In this document: piece by piece, positions 24,790 through 39,699 of the stretch
Layout: each line of letters opens with the position of its first letter
Position numbering within the stretch: position 1 is the stretch's first letter
Translations under genes and position numbers: made by a program
Source of the DNA: Octopus vulgaris
Taxonomy: Eukaryota
Length of the DNA stretch: 64,000 bases
NCBI GenBank assembly: GCA_951406725.2
Contig: OX597822.1
Span: 9,920,001-9,984,000 of the forward strand
Reading direction: 5' to 3'
The notes under the pieces: generated by a model
The model's database searches: none
Told to the model about the DNA's origin: nothing
Seen by the model: the letters and a program-made list of their open reading frames with translations, nothing else

Positions 24790-25365
24790 GCAAGTTGGAA
24801 TGCGAAGTATCAGAAGATACCATCGACCTCCAATACTTGTGTGTAGCTTACTTTAACGATTTCTAATGGATGAAAGGCAATAACGGCTAAGATGACCTCG
24901 GTGAGGCTTGAACTCACAATGTAAAGAGCTGGTAGAAATACGGCTAGACTTTTCTTCCGACTATCTAAAGATTCTGGCAACCCGCCATCTTTAGTATTAG
25001 TTTCTAATACAGACTGAAGGCAGCACATCGGGCAAAAAGCTTTGCGATATTTCGGCCGTCTTTACGTTCTGAGTTGAAATTCCGCTCAAATCGATTTCAT
25101 CTTCCATCCTTCCGAGGTCGATAAAATAAGTACCAGTTGAGCACTGGGGTCGATGTAATCGACTTGCCCATTTCACCGAAATCATCGTCCTTGTGCCAAT
25201 ATTTGAAACCAATGTAGACAGAAGACCAGAAATTTGGGTGGAAGGTTTTAGTAGATATCAAATTCAGATGTTAATCGACCCTGAAAGAATGAGAAGCAAA
25301 TTTGGTCTTAGAAGGATTTAAACTCCGAACGTGAAGATTCCGTGCTCAAATGATCCGGCTAATTC
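24790..25365. mobile_element. Cluster of three SINE family B copies (-,+,-)
   Basis: GGATGAAAGGCAA (24869), CTTCCATCCTTCCGAGGTCGATAAA (25101), CGACCCTGAAAGAATGAG (25276). Confidence 0.7.
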
Positions 25366-25427
25366 ACTGTTCTTTCTCTCTCCCAAATTAAACAAGTATG
25401 TCAGTTAGAGTTGATATATATATAAAA

Positions 25428-25632
25428 TGTGACCGTGTGTGTACCGTTGGCGATTTTTTTCCCTCCGTCTTCCCTTCCTTGAATCTTTCCTTTTCCTATG
25501 TTTCTGACGAAGAGCTACCCTCGAAACTTTAAATCCTCCTTCTTTCTTTCCTTTACTGAGCGTCCAATAACACTGTACTTGTTCCACGTCCTCGCGTTGT
25601 TGTGTTTTCTCCTAGTGTTTTCATGTTTGGAT

Positions 25633-25636
<4 letters not shown>
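25428..25636 (+). mobile_element. PLE-type terminal fragment with minimal hammerhead remnant
   Basis: Homologous to 260-462; CTGACGAAGAGC at 25504. Confidence 0.7.
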
Positions 25637-25697
<61 letters not shown>

Positions 25698-25708
25698 ATA
25701 TGTATATA

Positions 25709-25749
<41 letters not shown>

Positions 25750-26257
25750 ATATATATATATCAAGTATAGAATATCAAAAAGCCAATAAAGAATATACCG
25801 TGCGATGAAAAAAGAATGATATTAGCCAATGTTTAATATTTAATTTCCTTGGCATGAATAAAAAACTCTCTACAAATACTTCGACCTCATCTAGTATGCA
25901 TATACTTTCCAATGCCGAATTAGCGATGAAAGGAATATTATTAATAAATATCCCAGATGATTATAAATTTGTTAATATAAGAAAATGAAATTGCTTAGAA
26001 ATCCAAATAATTCAAAAGAGTCATAGAATCGGTGAATGGCAATTTTTGGTTCTTGCTCTTTGCACTGTTAGTTCTAATCCCGTTAAAGCCAGTTTTGCTT
26101 TTCATCCTTACGAGGTCAACAGATAAAGTACCAGGATCAGGTGAACTGCATAGCGTTGTGAGGATAAGAATCGAAACCCATCGCCGTATCTCTTTCCTCC
26201 AAGACAACTAATAACTTGTACATCAACTGCAGAGGATGAAATGAGGTCACTGCGTCT

Positions 26258-26440
26258 TTAATAGAATATAGCATTTCGCTTGTCTTCATGTTCTGGTTTC
26301 AAATTCCGCCGAGGTCGACTTCGGCTTTCATCTCTTTCGTGGTCGATATAATAAGTACCATTTGAGCACCGGAGGTTAAATGTAATTGATTTATCCCCCT
26401 CCCAAGGAATTGCAGGACTGGTGCCAAAATTTGAAATCAA
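26258..26440 (+). mobile_element. SINE family B
   Basis: TTCAAATTCCGCCGAGGTCGACTT...GTGCCAAAATTTGAAA. Confidence 0.8.
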
Positions 26441-26696
26441 TATTTTTTAAGAATATTTATCCAGTTCAAGGTAAATAGTAAAATATTCTTTAAACTCCAA
26501 ACCCCAGAAACAGCAGCAACAGAAGGGAAACGAAAATAACAAACGAAATAATGATACATACGGTATTTCGTACAAATAAGATATAGAGTGAACGGGTATA
26601 TAAACGGAGTGTAAGGGTGGGAGGAAATTTGAAGGAAACGTAAATTTCCATAGTTATTTTTCTTCTTATTTTGAGGTTATTGTAATTTCAGAATTG

Positions 26697-26709
26697 GTTG
26701 CTAGGCAAC
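26697..26709. promoter_or_regulatory. RFX X-box-like motif
   Basis: GTTGCTAGGCAAC in non-repetitive sequence. Confidence 0.4.
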
Positions 26710-27163
26710 CGATATCTGATGCTTAGGATCCACACCTGGGTCGATCATTTCATTATTTATTTCAACCACGCCCTTTACAATACTTTCATTTTGGTAAAGT
26801 AGTTTTATGCCCTTTTTTTGTTTGTTTCTTTGGTTTAAATTTTATACTTAATTGTTTATCTTTTTAATTGTGTCTCCGGTAGGTTAAGTGAAAAAAAAAA
26901 ATAAACAAAAATAAAGAAGTAACAAAAAATGATTCCAAGACGGAGTATCTGTCAACAGTAGAAGTAGCAGCAGCAGCAGCCGTAGCAGTAGCTGCTGCAG
27001 CTGCTGCAGCTGTAGCAGCAGTATTCGTTGGAAGAAGAAAAAAAGACGGAGGTAAAGGAGGAGAACGATGAAAAGGTGAAGGAAGAGAAAGAAGAGCAAT
27101 GAAAAAAGAAGAGAAGGCAGAGAAAGAGGAGCAAAAGAGTACGACGATAATGATGATGATGAA

Positions 27164-27234
<71 letters not shown>

Positions 27235-27400
27235 CGTCGATGACGTGGAAGACGACTACGACAGAGGCGACTTGAATACGTCTGCGTTTAGGTTTTTATA
27301 GATAAAAGAACTGGTGAACTTTGTGTGATGATACATGCAGTCACACATGCGCACGTGCAAACACTCACATAATGTATGTTTGTTTGTGTGCTCGCGCGTA

Positions 27401-27969
27401 CTATATATATTTATATCTTATATAAAATCCGTTCTGTCTGTCTGTCTGTGTGTGTGTCTTCTCGGATCTCGGGCATCCTCCATCTGATTGCGCTCAAATT
27501 TGATATGTAGGTACCGACGGTATCAGGGCGTGTATAAGTCTTGAAAAAATTACAAAATTCGATTCCAGGTGAGAGTGCGATCGGTAAAGCCGTTTTTGTC
27601 CTGCTTTTCTTCCGTCGACCTGTACATAACTGCACCTTCCATTTTTTGTTGTTTTTGTACTACATAAAAGCACGTTTCTTTCCTGCCAAGCTTACTATTT
27701 AAACCATGTTTGTGTTCTCCCAGTCAACAGCCTTATCACAACTGGTACTTTAAACTCTTCGGTTGCATATTTGTGTAAATAAAATCGTTTTTCTTTGGAA
27801 TAGAAAAAAGTCTATCTTATTTCTTCTTTTGCTGGTGTCTCAAAATTAGGTTAAATCAGTGTTTCTGAAATGGGACGTCTATGGGATGGTCGGATAAGTT
27901 GTTTTGAGAAAATTTGGTTTAAATGTTTGACAACTCAGCACCGTCCATTGGACGGGGGGCGTTTTGCTC

Positions 27970-27972
<3 letters not shown>
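27401..27972 (+). mobile_element. Non-autonomous Helitron-like element
   Basis: 5' CTATATATAT...TATAAAA-(TCTG)n; 3' hairpin CCGTCCATTGGACGG (27941-27955) followed by CTCG-T. Confidence 0.7.
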
Positions 27973-28031
<59 letters not shown>

Positions 28032-28044
28032 ATGTATCACTTTA

Positions 28045-28409
28045 CACTCTTACACTTTTACTTGCTTCTGTCATTTTGACCCTGGCCATGTTGGATCAGC
28101 ACCTTTTAGTCGAAATCGAGCCCGGGACTTATTACTTTTAAGACTGATATTTATTCTATAGGTCAATTTTGTTGAACCGCTACGTTACGGGGATGTAAAT
28201 ACACCAAGATCGGTTATCAAGCGATGATGGACGGATAAACAGATGCAAACACAAATATATATATACATTCAGTTTCCGTCTACCAAATGCACTCACAAGG
28301 CTTTCGTCGGCTCGAGGCTGCAGTAGAAGACTCTTGCCCAAGGTGCCACGCAGTGGAACTGAACCCGGAACCATGAGTTTGGGAAGGTTTTCACACAGCC
28401 ATGCCTACG

Positions 28410-28412
<3 letters not shown>
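28045..28412 (-). mobile_element. SINE family A
   Basis: Family match. Confidence 0.85.
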
Positions 28413-28478
<66 letters not shown>

Positions 28479-28490
28479 GTATATATATAT

Positions 28491-29285
28491 AGGGAGAATT
28501 CACAGAAAACAAAAGAGGAAGACAGGTGGTGTAGATAACAAAAAGATGTATTAGTTTAACGCTCGGGAAGTGAAAAAGGCTTTAACGTTTAGAGTTTACG
28601 CTCTTCAACAGAAAGGAACACAGAAAGAACCAAGGAGAGAAAATAAAGAATGTATAATGGTTAGCGATCTAGCATGCCGAATGCCGGACAGAGGGGTTAC
28701 ACAGGAAAGCTAGGAAGAAGAGGAAATAATAAAGTAGTGGTGATCCTAAAACAAAGGTGCGCGTGCGTGTGTATAAGAGACCATGTATGTGCGTGTGGAA
28801 GAGGGCTGGTGACCTTAACGTGTACGTGTGTGCGTGTGTAGCTGTGTGGATGATGGTGTCGGGCTGGTTAGTGCTAGTATGTGCATGACGGTGTGATGTG
28901 ATGTGGTGTTGTGTGGTATGGTGATGTGTGTTGTGGTGTGGTGGTGTTGGAATGTTGGGGAGGCGAGTGTGTGTAAAGCAAGGATGGGGTGTGGGTTAAG
29001 CTGAGGGTGGGGGTAGAGGTGGGGTATGTGGGAGTGGGTGTAAGGGATGGGGTGGGATGGATAGGAAAGGTGTGGTTGGATTGTGTAGGGGTGAGGTTAC
29101 GAGGGCGGGGTGACGATGATGGGAGGGGGAAGGGAGAATGTGGGGAGAGGAGAGGGAAAGAAGGGTTGAGCCCATGTGGCGCAAAGGAGCGAAGAGAGAA
29201 GATTAATCCCTGTTCACGGCTAAAACGGGAGCACGGAAGGCTCCTGTGCAAGGACAATCCGACGAAAGGACAATCCGAACTGAAT
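28491..29285 (-). mobile_element. Penelope-like element 3' end (GIY-YIG C-terminus, UTR, hammerhead remnant)
   Basis: Encodes SREQGLIFSLRSFAPHGLN; hammerhead-like motif at ~28580-28615; flanked by (TA)n. Confidence 0.8.
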
Positions 29286-29424
29286 ATAATATATATATCA
29301 TAATGATATTTATTCTCCGATTTGAAGCGACCATTTTTACATATAAACAAATTACTGAAAAATGATGAGCTAACCTCAGGCAGAATCGGACTCACAAATC
29401 GACGCTTTCATGGCTCACTGCGAA

Positions 29425-29525
<101 letters not shown>

Positions 29526-30395
29526 GTGTATATACATATATATATTGTAAAATTCCGGTTTCATTTGGGTACCCCATCGTATATATATTTACACACTCAC
29601 ATATAGCGTACAAACACATACATAAATACGCATAGACATACTCACACTCATTCACACATTCACACACACACACTCGCATGCATGTATACTAGTGTATGTG
29701 GCGTGTTTGGAAATATCCAAACAGGCAACGTGCGCTCATATACTATCAGATGATCTATGTAATTTTTAGTTGAAAGCGGGAAGGTGGAAAGTTTATGCTT
29801 CAAATTGTTATAACGAACTTACTTGTACAACACAATCTCACCCGCTGACGATGCAAATTCAATTAGACCTCATTGCAGCACATTATAGATCAATAAATAA
29901 AACAACCCAAACCAAAGAACGGGCAGAAATAAACTTTTTATCATAACACAGCCATACAACTTAGAATTTCACAAGCATTTATAAGATTTGCCATAGAAAG
30001 TTTATTACGCTATATTCCTTAAATGAAGCAGTTACAAATATTTATGACTCATAATAACTCGGAATTAAGTAAAAGAAATTTAAATATTGTTAATGATTAA
30101 TATTATTTACAATGGGGATATGGTTAAAAATACAATAATAATGCAGCAATTAAAATATAATCGTGACTAATTCTTTAAGAGAGAGGGTTTTAAAATATTG
30201 ACGAACCTAGAGACGTTATTGTATCAAAGTAAGCATAAATAACAAATTAAGATCTATACATAAATCACTTGATAAAAAATTTAACTCAGTCATGTTTATA
30301 AGGGATTCTGTTTGAGGGTAATGCAGTTCCCTATATCCACATACTCAAACATATATCCCTATATCCCTCTCCACTTAAATGTGTATCAACGTATC

Positions 30396-30424
30396 TTGAA
30401 GAGGGACCATTGTCCTAAACGTTA
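30396..30424 (+). ncRNA. Decayed minimal hammerhead-like motif
   Basis: UUGAAGA G GGAC cauu GUCC UAAA CGUUA; two core substitutions. Confidence 0.35.
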
Positions 30425-30694
30425 TATTTTCTTCGGCTTTCTTCTGAAGTCGCAAAATCTGTACCCCTGGCTTGATATTTTTTTATTACTGAGATATTTT
30501 TTTGAATAGACATAATTAGCTTATCAGTTATTTAATTATTATGAACTGAGTGAACAAAATATTCAGTATGACAAAAAGCAAAAAACAAAATAAAAACATT
30601 AGTAACAAAGTATTCACTGTTCAAGACGAATATTTTATCCAATTAATTATATAGCCATTACTCTATATTTTCTTCCTTGTATCAACAAATCATA

Positions 30695-30853
<159 letters not shown>

Positions 30854-31189
30854 ATCATTCTCCCTACACTCGCTGCCTCTCTTCAATGTACCGACCGTCC
30901 CATCTATTTACCTTATTTCATGCTTGTTTCGTTTCTTTCTTTTATTTATACCAACCAACTAATGTCCCTTCCCAGTTACTTGATATGCGGGAATTTACAG
31001 CTAAGTATGCGGCATACTGTCAGAAAGATAGATATATTGTCTCTTTCAGCCTCTCTCATTCTCTTATTACATACATAATTACACACACACACACACACAC
31101 AAACATATATACACGCGCACTCTTATATATTCATAAATTCATCTAACCATCCACATCTCGGTCTCTATCTCTATTTGTCGGTCTATCTC

Positions 31190-31615
<426 letters not shown>

Positions 31616-32048
31616 CTGTTTGTGTGTTTGTATGTGTGTTTGTGTGTGCATCAGATGCGTGTGTATGTGTCATTGAGTGTGTATGCAAGTGTATAATTCA
31701 TACGAGTACCTGTGCGCGTATATAACTACCGACGCATCTAGCTCTCTAATTGGCCCATCTATCAATCTCTCTGTCTATCCATCTATCAGTTTTATATATC
31801 TATCAACCCTCATCTATCAATCCATCTCTTAAGCTTCCATATTTTACTGCAATATGAAACTACACTAAAACCACAAATTTATTACCGCCGCTGTTGTTTT
31901 ATAGTAATCGCCGTTTTCTCTTCTAAATCCTAAAAGTATGAGATTTAATAGTCAAATTCTTTACGAAATATCACAGTCTAAACTTCTCTTATTACAATTA
32001 GATATAATTTATTTATATATATATATATTTTTATCTATATATATGAAG

Positions 32049-32116
<68 letters not shown>

Positions 32117-32597
32117 CACACACATACATATACATATATACTTGCATGCGTACATACGTACATCCATCATCCATCTATCCATCCATTCATCCCTCCATCC
32201 ATACATGCATATATATATGTGTGTGTGTGTGTGCGTGTGTGTGTTAATGTTTATGGCTTTGTTGCTTGTGACTAAACATGTTAAGATTTATTATGTTTTT
32301 TTCGAGTTTGTTTCCTCCTTCTGTTGGTGTTGTTATGGTTATTATGTACGAGTGTTGTATTTGTGGTTGTTGTTATTGTGCAATTTGTTTTGTTTTTTTC
32401 TTCTTTTTTTTTTCTATTTCCTTCCCTATTTGACTATAAGGATTTAAAATTAAGATAATAACTAGGAATATTTAGTCATACGAATATGGAGGAGAGCTGT
32501 AACGGAACCAAATAAGGCAACACATAAGAAAAAAAAACAAGAAAAAAAACATGAGAAAAACTAATAAAATTACTTGTATTGCCAAACTGTCAATGTA

Positions 32598-32638
<41 letters not shown>

Positions 32639-33074
32639 CATACACACATGCATCTATATATCACACGCACGTATGTAAAAACATTCAAACACGCACACAC
32701 ATATCTATATGATTATGATATATACTCTGTGCGTATGAGTGTGTGTGACGGTTTCCACATGCTTTACGGAGCTCCACTTAAAGCATATTGCTTTAGGAAA
32801 ACCGAGACTATAGATTAACTGGATGCCCTGGTTGTCCTTTATTGGGATTGAAACTGAAACCATCGTTGCGAATCGGACTTCTTAAATACATACCCATACC
32901 TGCACCCTCTTATAATGACATTCTATCTTTCAATGAGATTAAGATATCCCAGTTGATATACTATTTAAGTTAAAAGTCTGCTAAGAGAAGAATAACGTGG
33001 TAATGATACGTGAAAAAATCGTGATATGATATGAATGGGTGTTATGATAGAGAGAGAAATAATAATGATATCAA

Positions 33075-33505
33075 GTTATAGCACAAGGCCAGCGATGTTG
33101 AGGGTTGACGATTATATCCATCTCAGTATTCAACTGGTACATTTTTTTGTCGACCCCGAAAGGATGAAAGGCAAAGTCGACCTCGGTGGAATTTGAACTC
33201 AGAACAAAAGGACGGACGGAATGCATTGAAGCATTTTGCCCAGCATGCTAACGATTCCGCCAGTTCGTCACCTGTATAGAAATAATAATACTAATCATTT
33301 CTACCATAGGTACAAGGCCTGGAGTTTGTGGGGAGGAGGATAGTCGATCACATCGACCCCAGTACTTGACTGGTATTTAATTTATCGACCCCGAAAGGAT
33401 GAAAGGCAAAGTCAACCTCGGAGGAATTTAAACTCAGAACGTGAACACAGACGAAATACCGCTAAGTATTCTGCTCGGCGTGCTAACGATTCGGCTAACT
33501 CGCTT
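33075..33505 (-). mobile_element. Two tandem SINE family B copies
   Basis: CGACCCCGAAAGGATGAAAGGCAAAGTC at 33151 and 33386. Confidence 0.9.
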
Positions 33506-33880
33506 CTTGCTCCTAGTTATAAAATATTAGTGTCAGATTTTATTTTTAAGGCAGCTTTTAAATATTTTCTCACTAAAAGAACTTTAAATAAATGAAAATT
33601 CTCACGAGTAAAAAAAAGTAATAATTAATAAAGGGAACCAGAATATAATAGTAGACCAGTTCGTGAGATAATACAAGAAAAAAATTCACCGACAGACATC
33701 GAAATATCAGATGAAGTAACTAGTAAAAATATACACAGATCGCACATACTGATACTGCAGGAACCAAAGGCACCTTAATTAAATAACGGATGAATATGCC
33801 ATTAAAATATCATAAAACAGGGCTAAAATATGACATCTGACCAGAATATATTACTAAAACACAATGATAAAAATGTCCTC

Positions 33881-34008
33881 ATAGGCGCAGGCATGGCTGT
33901 GTGGTAAGATGCTTGCTGCTCAACCGCATGGATATAGCTTCGAGCCGATCAAAGCTTTGTGAGTGGATTTGGTAGACGAAAACTGCAAGAAGCCCGACAT
34001 GTATGCAC

Positions 34009-34054
<46 letters not shown>

Positions 34055-34275
34055 ACAAACTCACAGACACACACTCACACGCACAACTATGTTTGTGCAT
34101 GTGTGTTTTCGTGTCTGTTACTGTCCACCGTCACCGCTTGACAAACGGCTCTGGTGTGTTTACGTCCCTGTAACTTAGCGGTTCGGCAAAAGAGACTAAT
34201 AGAATATGTACTAGGTTTTACAAAAATAAGTACTGGAGTCGATTCGTTCGTCTAAACTAGTTCAAGGCGGCAACC
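33881..34275 (+). mobile_element. SINE family A (internally deleted)
   Basis: Family match. Confidence 0.85.
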
Positions 34276-34849
34276 CAACTAGAAACAACAGAGCGAATTT
34301 CGGACTATTAATGTAATTTCACTGTAAATTAGAAATTTGTAAATTTCATGACGCAGTCAGACACTCACTTACCCTACATATAAGTACTTTATCTGCTGTT
34401 ATATAAGACACACAGGTACCCTGCTTTCTGTTACAGAAAAGAAGAAGACATAGGTACCCTATTTTATGTTAGATAAAACACACAAGTATTCTGCTTTCTC
34501 GTTCGTTGACTCTGCATTTACAAGAAACCATTACAGTTCATTATAATAGATTTTTTTTATAACTTATAAAATTTGACACAAGAAAAAAGAAAGAAAATTT
34601 GTTGACCGTTTTACAATTGTATATAAATTCTACAGAAGAAAAACATGCAAACAATAGCTGTAGAAGGAGCGTTACTAATAACAGCAGAATGCAAACCCAA
34701 AAAATCAATGCTCAGCTCCGTCACAATTAAAATAAAACATAAAATCTATTTTTTTCGAGAATTCTATTTTTGAATAATTTTGGAATCTATTTTGTTTTTG
34801 TTTTTCTAGTTAATTTTAGTTATTTTTTGTTTATTTTCAGATCGCTAAA

Positions 34850-35886
34850 ATGGAATGTCAAGTTAAGAAAAACGAGCATTTTCGACACCTTCTTTTCGCT
34901 TTTAATCAAGGTTCTAAGGCTGCAAAAGCTGCTCGCGACATTTGTGCTGTGTATATAGAGGATAACATAGCTGAAAGAACCGCTCGTGAATGATATGCTA
35001 AGTTGGAAATTTTGACCTCAAAGACGCCTCTCATTCTGGCCGTCCAGTTGAGTTCGATGAAGAGCGATTAAACCAACTTTTGCACGAAAATTCTCGTCAA
35101 ACGACAAGGGAACTGGCAAAGAAAATCGAATGCTCCCACACTGCTATAGAGAAGCAGCTTCAACCGATGAGAAAGTTTCAGCAGTATGGCGCATGGGTTC
35201 CGCATGGTTTAAGTGACAACAACAAACATCAACAAGCCACAATCTCCGCTGGTTTGCTTGCTCGTCACCGCTCAACTCATGGACACAAGCAACGCTTTCT
35301 TTACTGAATCGTTACTGGCGAGGAAAAATGGTGCCTGTACATCAATATGAAGCAGCGTAAGGAATGGCTTAGCCCCGGTAAAAAAGCGACACTGCACGTG
35401 AAACAAGATCTTCATCCACGTAAAACGATGTTGTGCGTATAGTGGGACTGGAAAGGGATTATCCATTACGAATTGCTTGAACGTAACCAAATGGTCAACG
35501 CGGGACTCTATGTTCAACAGATGGAACGACTCAACACGGCTATTCAAGAGGAAAGACCTAATCGGCAGCATGGAGTTCTTCTGCAGCAGGACAACACCTG
35601 CCCTCATAGCACCAACATGACCAAGGAAGCCATTCAAACGCATGGCTGCGAAGTGCTGCCACACCCGCCGTACTCTCCTGATTTGGCACCAACGGATTTC
35701 CACCTCTTTCGATCTCTTTCAAATGCTATGCGCGGAGTTTCGTTCATTACTGATGCAGAATTGAGAGCTTGGTTGGATCAATTTTTCGAGTCGAAATCGA
35801 GTGATTTCTACCAACGAGGTATTGAAAATCTTGTTGAACGTTGGGAAGAAGTTGTAAACAACAAGGGGAAATACATTATTGATTAA
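34850..35886 (+). pseudogene. Mariner (DD34D-type) transposase pseudogene
   Basis: MECQVKKNEHFRH start, WVPH, VTGEEKW, QQDNTCPH, HPPYSPDLAPTDFHLF; stops and frameshifts; right TIR CATGAACTTAGTTGCCAACCCAA-TA to ~35965. Confidence 0.95.
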
Positions 35887-36299
35887 TTAATTGTCATTAT
35901 TTATTAAACCTTTAAAAAAATTAAATTAAAAAAAAAAAACGACATGAACTTAGTTGCCAACCCAATATGTATGTATATATACATGTATGTATGTATGTAT
36001 GTATGTATGTATGTATGTGTGTATGTATGTATGTATGTATGTATGTATGTATGTATGTATGTATGTATGTATGTGTCAGCAGTATCAATGCGAAGTAATG
36101 TTTAGGCAAAAGCGAAATTCAGGTTAGTTAAAATATATTTTAAATTGTAAAGGCAGATTCGCTGCATTTACCGTGGAGAAAAAAAATTTCTCCCTTATAG
36201 TGAAATGTGTTAAAACATCATACCTTCCTAATGTTGTCCCCTATCGGATTCCCACACCCAGCTCAAAGTTCGCTTATTTCTTTTCTACTCGAAATTTTT

Positions 36300-36475
36300 T
36301 GGAAGAGGGCCAGTCGATTAGATCGACCCCAGTACGCAACTGATACTTAATTTATCGACCCCGAAAGAATAAGACAAAGTGGACCTCAGCGGAATTTGAA
36401 CTCAGAACGTAAAGACAGACGAAATACCGCTAAGCATTTCTCCCAGTATGCTAACGTTTCTGCCAGCTCGCTGCC
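36300..36475 (-). mobile_element. SINE family B
   Basis: Family match. Confidence 0.85.
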
Positions 36476-36827
36476 TTTAACATTTAAAATCATCGTAAAT
36501 GAATGCTTGGCGCTGGTGCTGCTGATTTTTCTCGACTGTGCGGTCCAATGGTGCAACTTAGTCAATGTTGTTGACTGTTTTCGCTTAAAGCCACGGCTTT
36601 AAATCTGCCCAGAGTTACCTCGCTTTGGTATTTCCTTATTAATAAAGGCTAAAGAGCTAGAAACGCCGCGTCTGAGAATCCGACACAAGTTAGCACTTTT
36701 TATACATCTTTTTACTATGAGAGAAATTTTCTCCACAACAATGAATTTGCCTTTAGAAGCTAAATTCATAAACATAATTTAACGAACCCATTTTAAGAGA
36801 CATATTTTAACAAACCTAAATTTCTTA

Positions 36828-37702
36828 CGAGGTGGTATTAAAACGTTTCTGGAGTAGTTCTTTGACGCGCCAGCAGTTTGCGGCACAGTCTCGTGCTAGC
36901 AGTGCCCTTCATGAGGCAGAGTGCCTAGAGACATCGCTTGTGTGTACTTCGCAAGTTGTGTTTTTGTGATCACGTGTATGCTGTAGTCTGCGATCTTCGT
37001 CATGGACAGGAAGCTGGAACAAAGAGCCAACGTAAAATTTTGCCTTAAACTAGGGAAGTCATAACCGGCGACGGGAGTTGGGTCTACGGGTATGATTCCG
37101 AGAGAACACAGCAGTTCTCATAATGGAAGAGCCCTTCATCTCCACGACCGAAGAAGGCACTACAGAGCCGCAGCTCAATCAAGAACATGCACATCGTTTT
37201 CTGTTTTCGACATGCGTTGTACTGTGCATCGAGAATTCGCCCAGGGCCTTACCGTTAATCGAGAGTTCTACTGAGATGTTTTGAAGCATCTGGGGGAGGA
37301 CATTAGGCGAAAGCAACCGGATCTGTGGAATGCGAAGAATTGAATTCTTCACGATGACAATGCACCCTGTCACCAAGCTCCCGTCGCTTGTGGGTCGCTT
37401 CCGCATCCGCTCTATTCGCCAGATTAAACATATGCGGATTTCCATCTCTTCCGCAAGATGAAAATGCAGTTAAAAGGTCACCGTTTTAGCAGCGCTGTCG
37501 AAATAAAGAACCAGTCACAGAAGGTCCTCAACTTGGTTATGGAAACAGACTTCCAGGCCGGAGTTTAAAAGTGTTTGAAACGCTGGCACCAGTGTAGTGC
37601 TGCGCAAGGTGACTATTTCGAGAGAGATGATGTTAGAACTTAGGTAAATAAGTTATTTTTTATCAAACATAACTAGTCCGGATACTTTGAAATACCACCT
37701 CG
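36828..37702 (+). mobile_element. Internally deleted mariner element
   Basis: TIRs CGAGGTGGTATT / AATACCACCTCG with TA TSDs; MDRKLEQRANVKFCLKLGKS fused to ITGDGSWVYGYD; LHDDNAPCH. Confidence 0.9.
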
Positions 37703-37717
37703 TATATTTAGATATAA

Positions 37718-37751
<34 letters not shown>

Positions 37752-37973
37752 GGAGAGAGAGAGAGACAGAGAGACGGACAGAAAGAGAGAGAAACATAGT
37801 GATGTATATATATATATGCATGTATATGTATATATATATATGCATGTATATGTATATATATATATGCATGTATTCCTATCTATAAATGCATGTATGTATA
37901 GACACAAACACACACGTTCATATATATGTGTGTGCGTGTGTGTGAGTGTGAGTGTGTATGTGTGTGTGTGTTT

Positions 37974-38011
<38 letters not shown>

Positions 38012-38240
38012 GTGTGGTAGTGCATGTATGACACGTTTGAACGTTTCAACCAAAGAACACACATAGCGTTCTGTTTGAAAAATCAAGTAAGGAAATTTGC
38101 CAACTGGTTCCACTTGAATTCCATCCAACCCGACACCACAGTTAGTGTCAAACTTTCAAACACTTCACAAGTATATTAATAAACACCCATTTATGGACAG
38201 CTTTCGTTGACATGCAAGTTTTCTCATCATTCTCTATATC

Positions 38241-38472
<232 letters not shown>

Positions 38473-38599
38473 ATCTGCATAGATAGATCTCTCCATAGCT
38501 CTCCATCTACATACGCGCACACGCACACGCACACACGCACACACGCACACGCATACAAAAGATCTTCTGAATAAATATGACGAATTTACATGTCTAATT

Positions 38600-39060
38600 C
38601 ATTTCTTAGGAAGAGTTTGATGTATTGGTAAACAGTCAACGTCGTTGGAGAGCATCAAGATCAAAGTTGTAGTTGAGAAAAAAGTCAGTTGACACGGAGG
38701 ACTGGAAGCCATCTGAGTACTGGAAATATGTTATCAGTATAACAATGATTCGCGACGGATATCAAAATGCCGATATCATGTCTGATTTTCAATGCTCCGT
38801 GAACACTATAATGGTTGTAAGACGCGACATGAGCATCATGAAAGCCAAGTTTTCCCAAACTGTGATGGTCTCTGTGTGTATCTTGAGAGAGGGTGACGCC
38901 ATACCACTCCAAATCTTCGAACTGGGCTCTAGACCTAGGCTTAATTCAGACGGCTATGTGAAACTGTTGGCGATTATTTTCTTTCCGTATCATGAAACAA
39001 AAAAGGAATATTTTGAAATTTTCATCTGAATAATTGTCAAGGTGTTCACGTTATGAAACA
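38600..39060 (+). pseudogene. Tc1/mariner-superfamily transposase fragment
   Basis: MKAKFSQTVMVSVCILREGDAIP and RLNSDGYVKLL resemble the K(F/H)P..VMV.G....G region. Confidence 0.55.
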
Positions 39061-39234
39061 TTTCTGAAAGATGTCTTTGCTTTGTTGCTTATGTACCCTA
39101 ACACGATCTATTAATTATGATCCCATCTTTGCATTGTGGGCAGGGGATGTAGTAAATGAGATTTTCGTTTACTAGTTCATATTTTCATTAACTTTCACTT
39201 TCAAATTGTTTGGTTTTCCCATCTTTTATCTGTT

Positions 39235-39673
39235 ATCTGTTACTTGTTTCAGTCATTTGACTGCGGCCATGCTGGGGTACTGCCTTGAAGAGTTTTAGTC
39301 GAAAAAATCGACTCCAGAGCATAATTTTTAAGCCTGGCATTTATTCTATCGGTTCTTTTTGTCAAACCGCTAAGTTACTGGGATATAAACATATCAGCAC
39401 CAGTTGTCAAGTGGTATTGAGGGTCAAACCGACACAAAGACGCACATAGATATAAACACACACACACACACACACTCACTCACACGCACACGCACGCATC
39501 CCGCACGCACGCACACATATATACACGGCGGGTTTCTTTCGGTTTCCGTCTACCGAATCCACTCACAAGGCTTTGGTCTGCTGAGGCTATATATTTACCC
39601 AAAGTGCTACGCAGTGGGACTGAACCGAGATCTATGTGGTTGGGAAGCAAACTTCTTACCACACCTGTACCTA
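39235..39673 (-). mobile_element. SINE family A
   Basis: Family match. Confidence 0.85.
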
Positions 39674-39699
39674 TATTCAATGTTTTGGGTTTGCCTCTG

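Noticed and set aside
29845-29890. CTGACGA followed by TGCAA/TTGCA stem
   Set aside because: No GAAA after the stem and no stems I or III
33700-33870. Possible reverse-transcriptase remnant (IAHTD..., KTGLK)
   Set aside because: Too degenerate to support without a profile search
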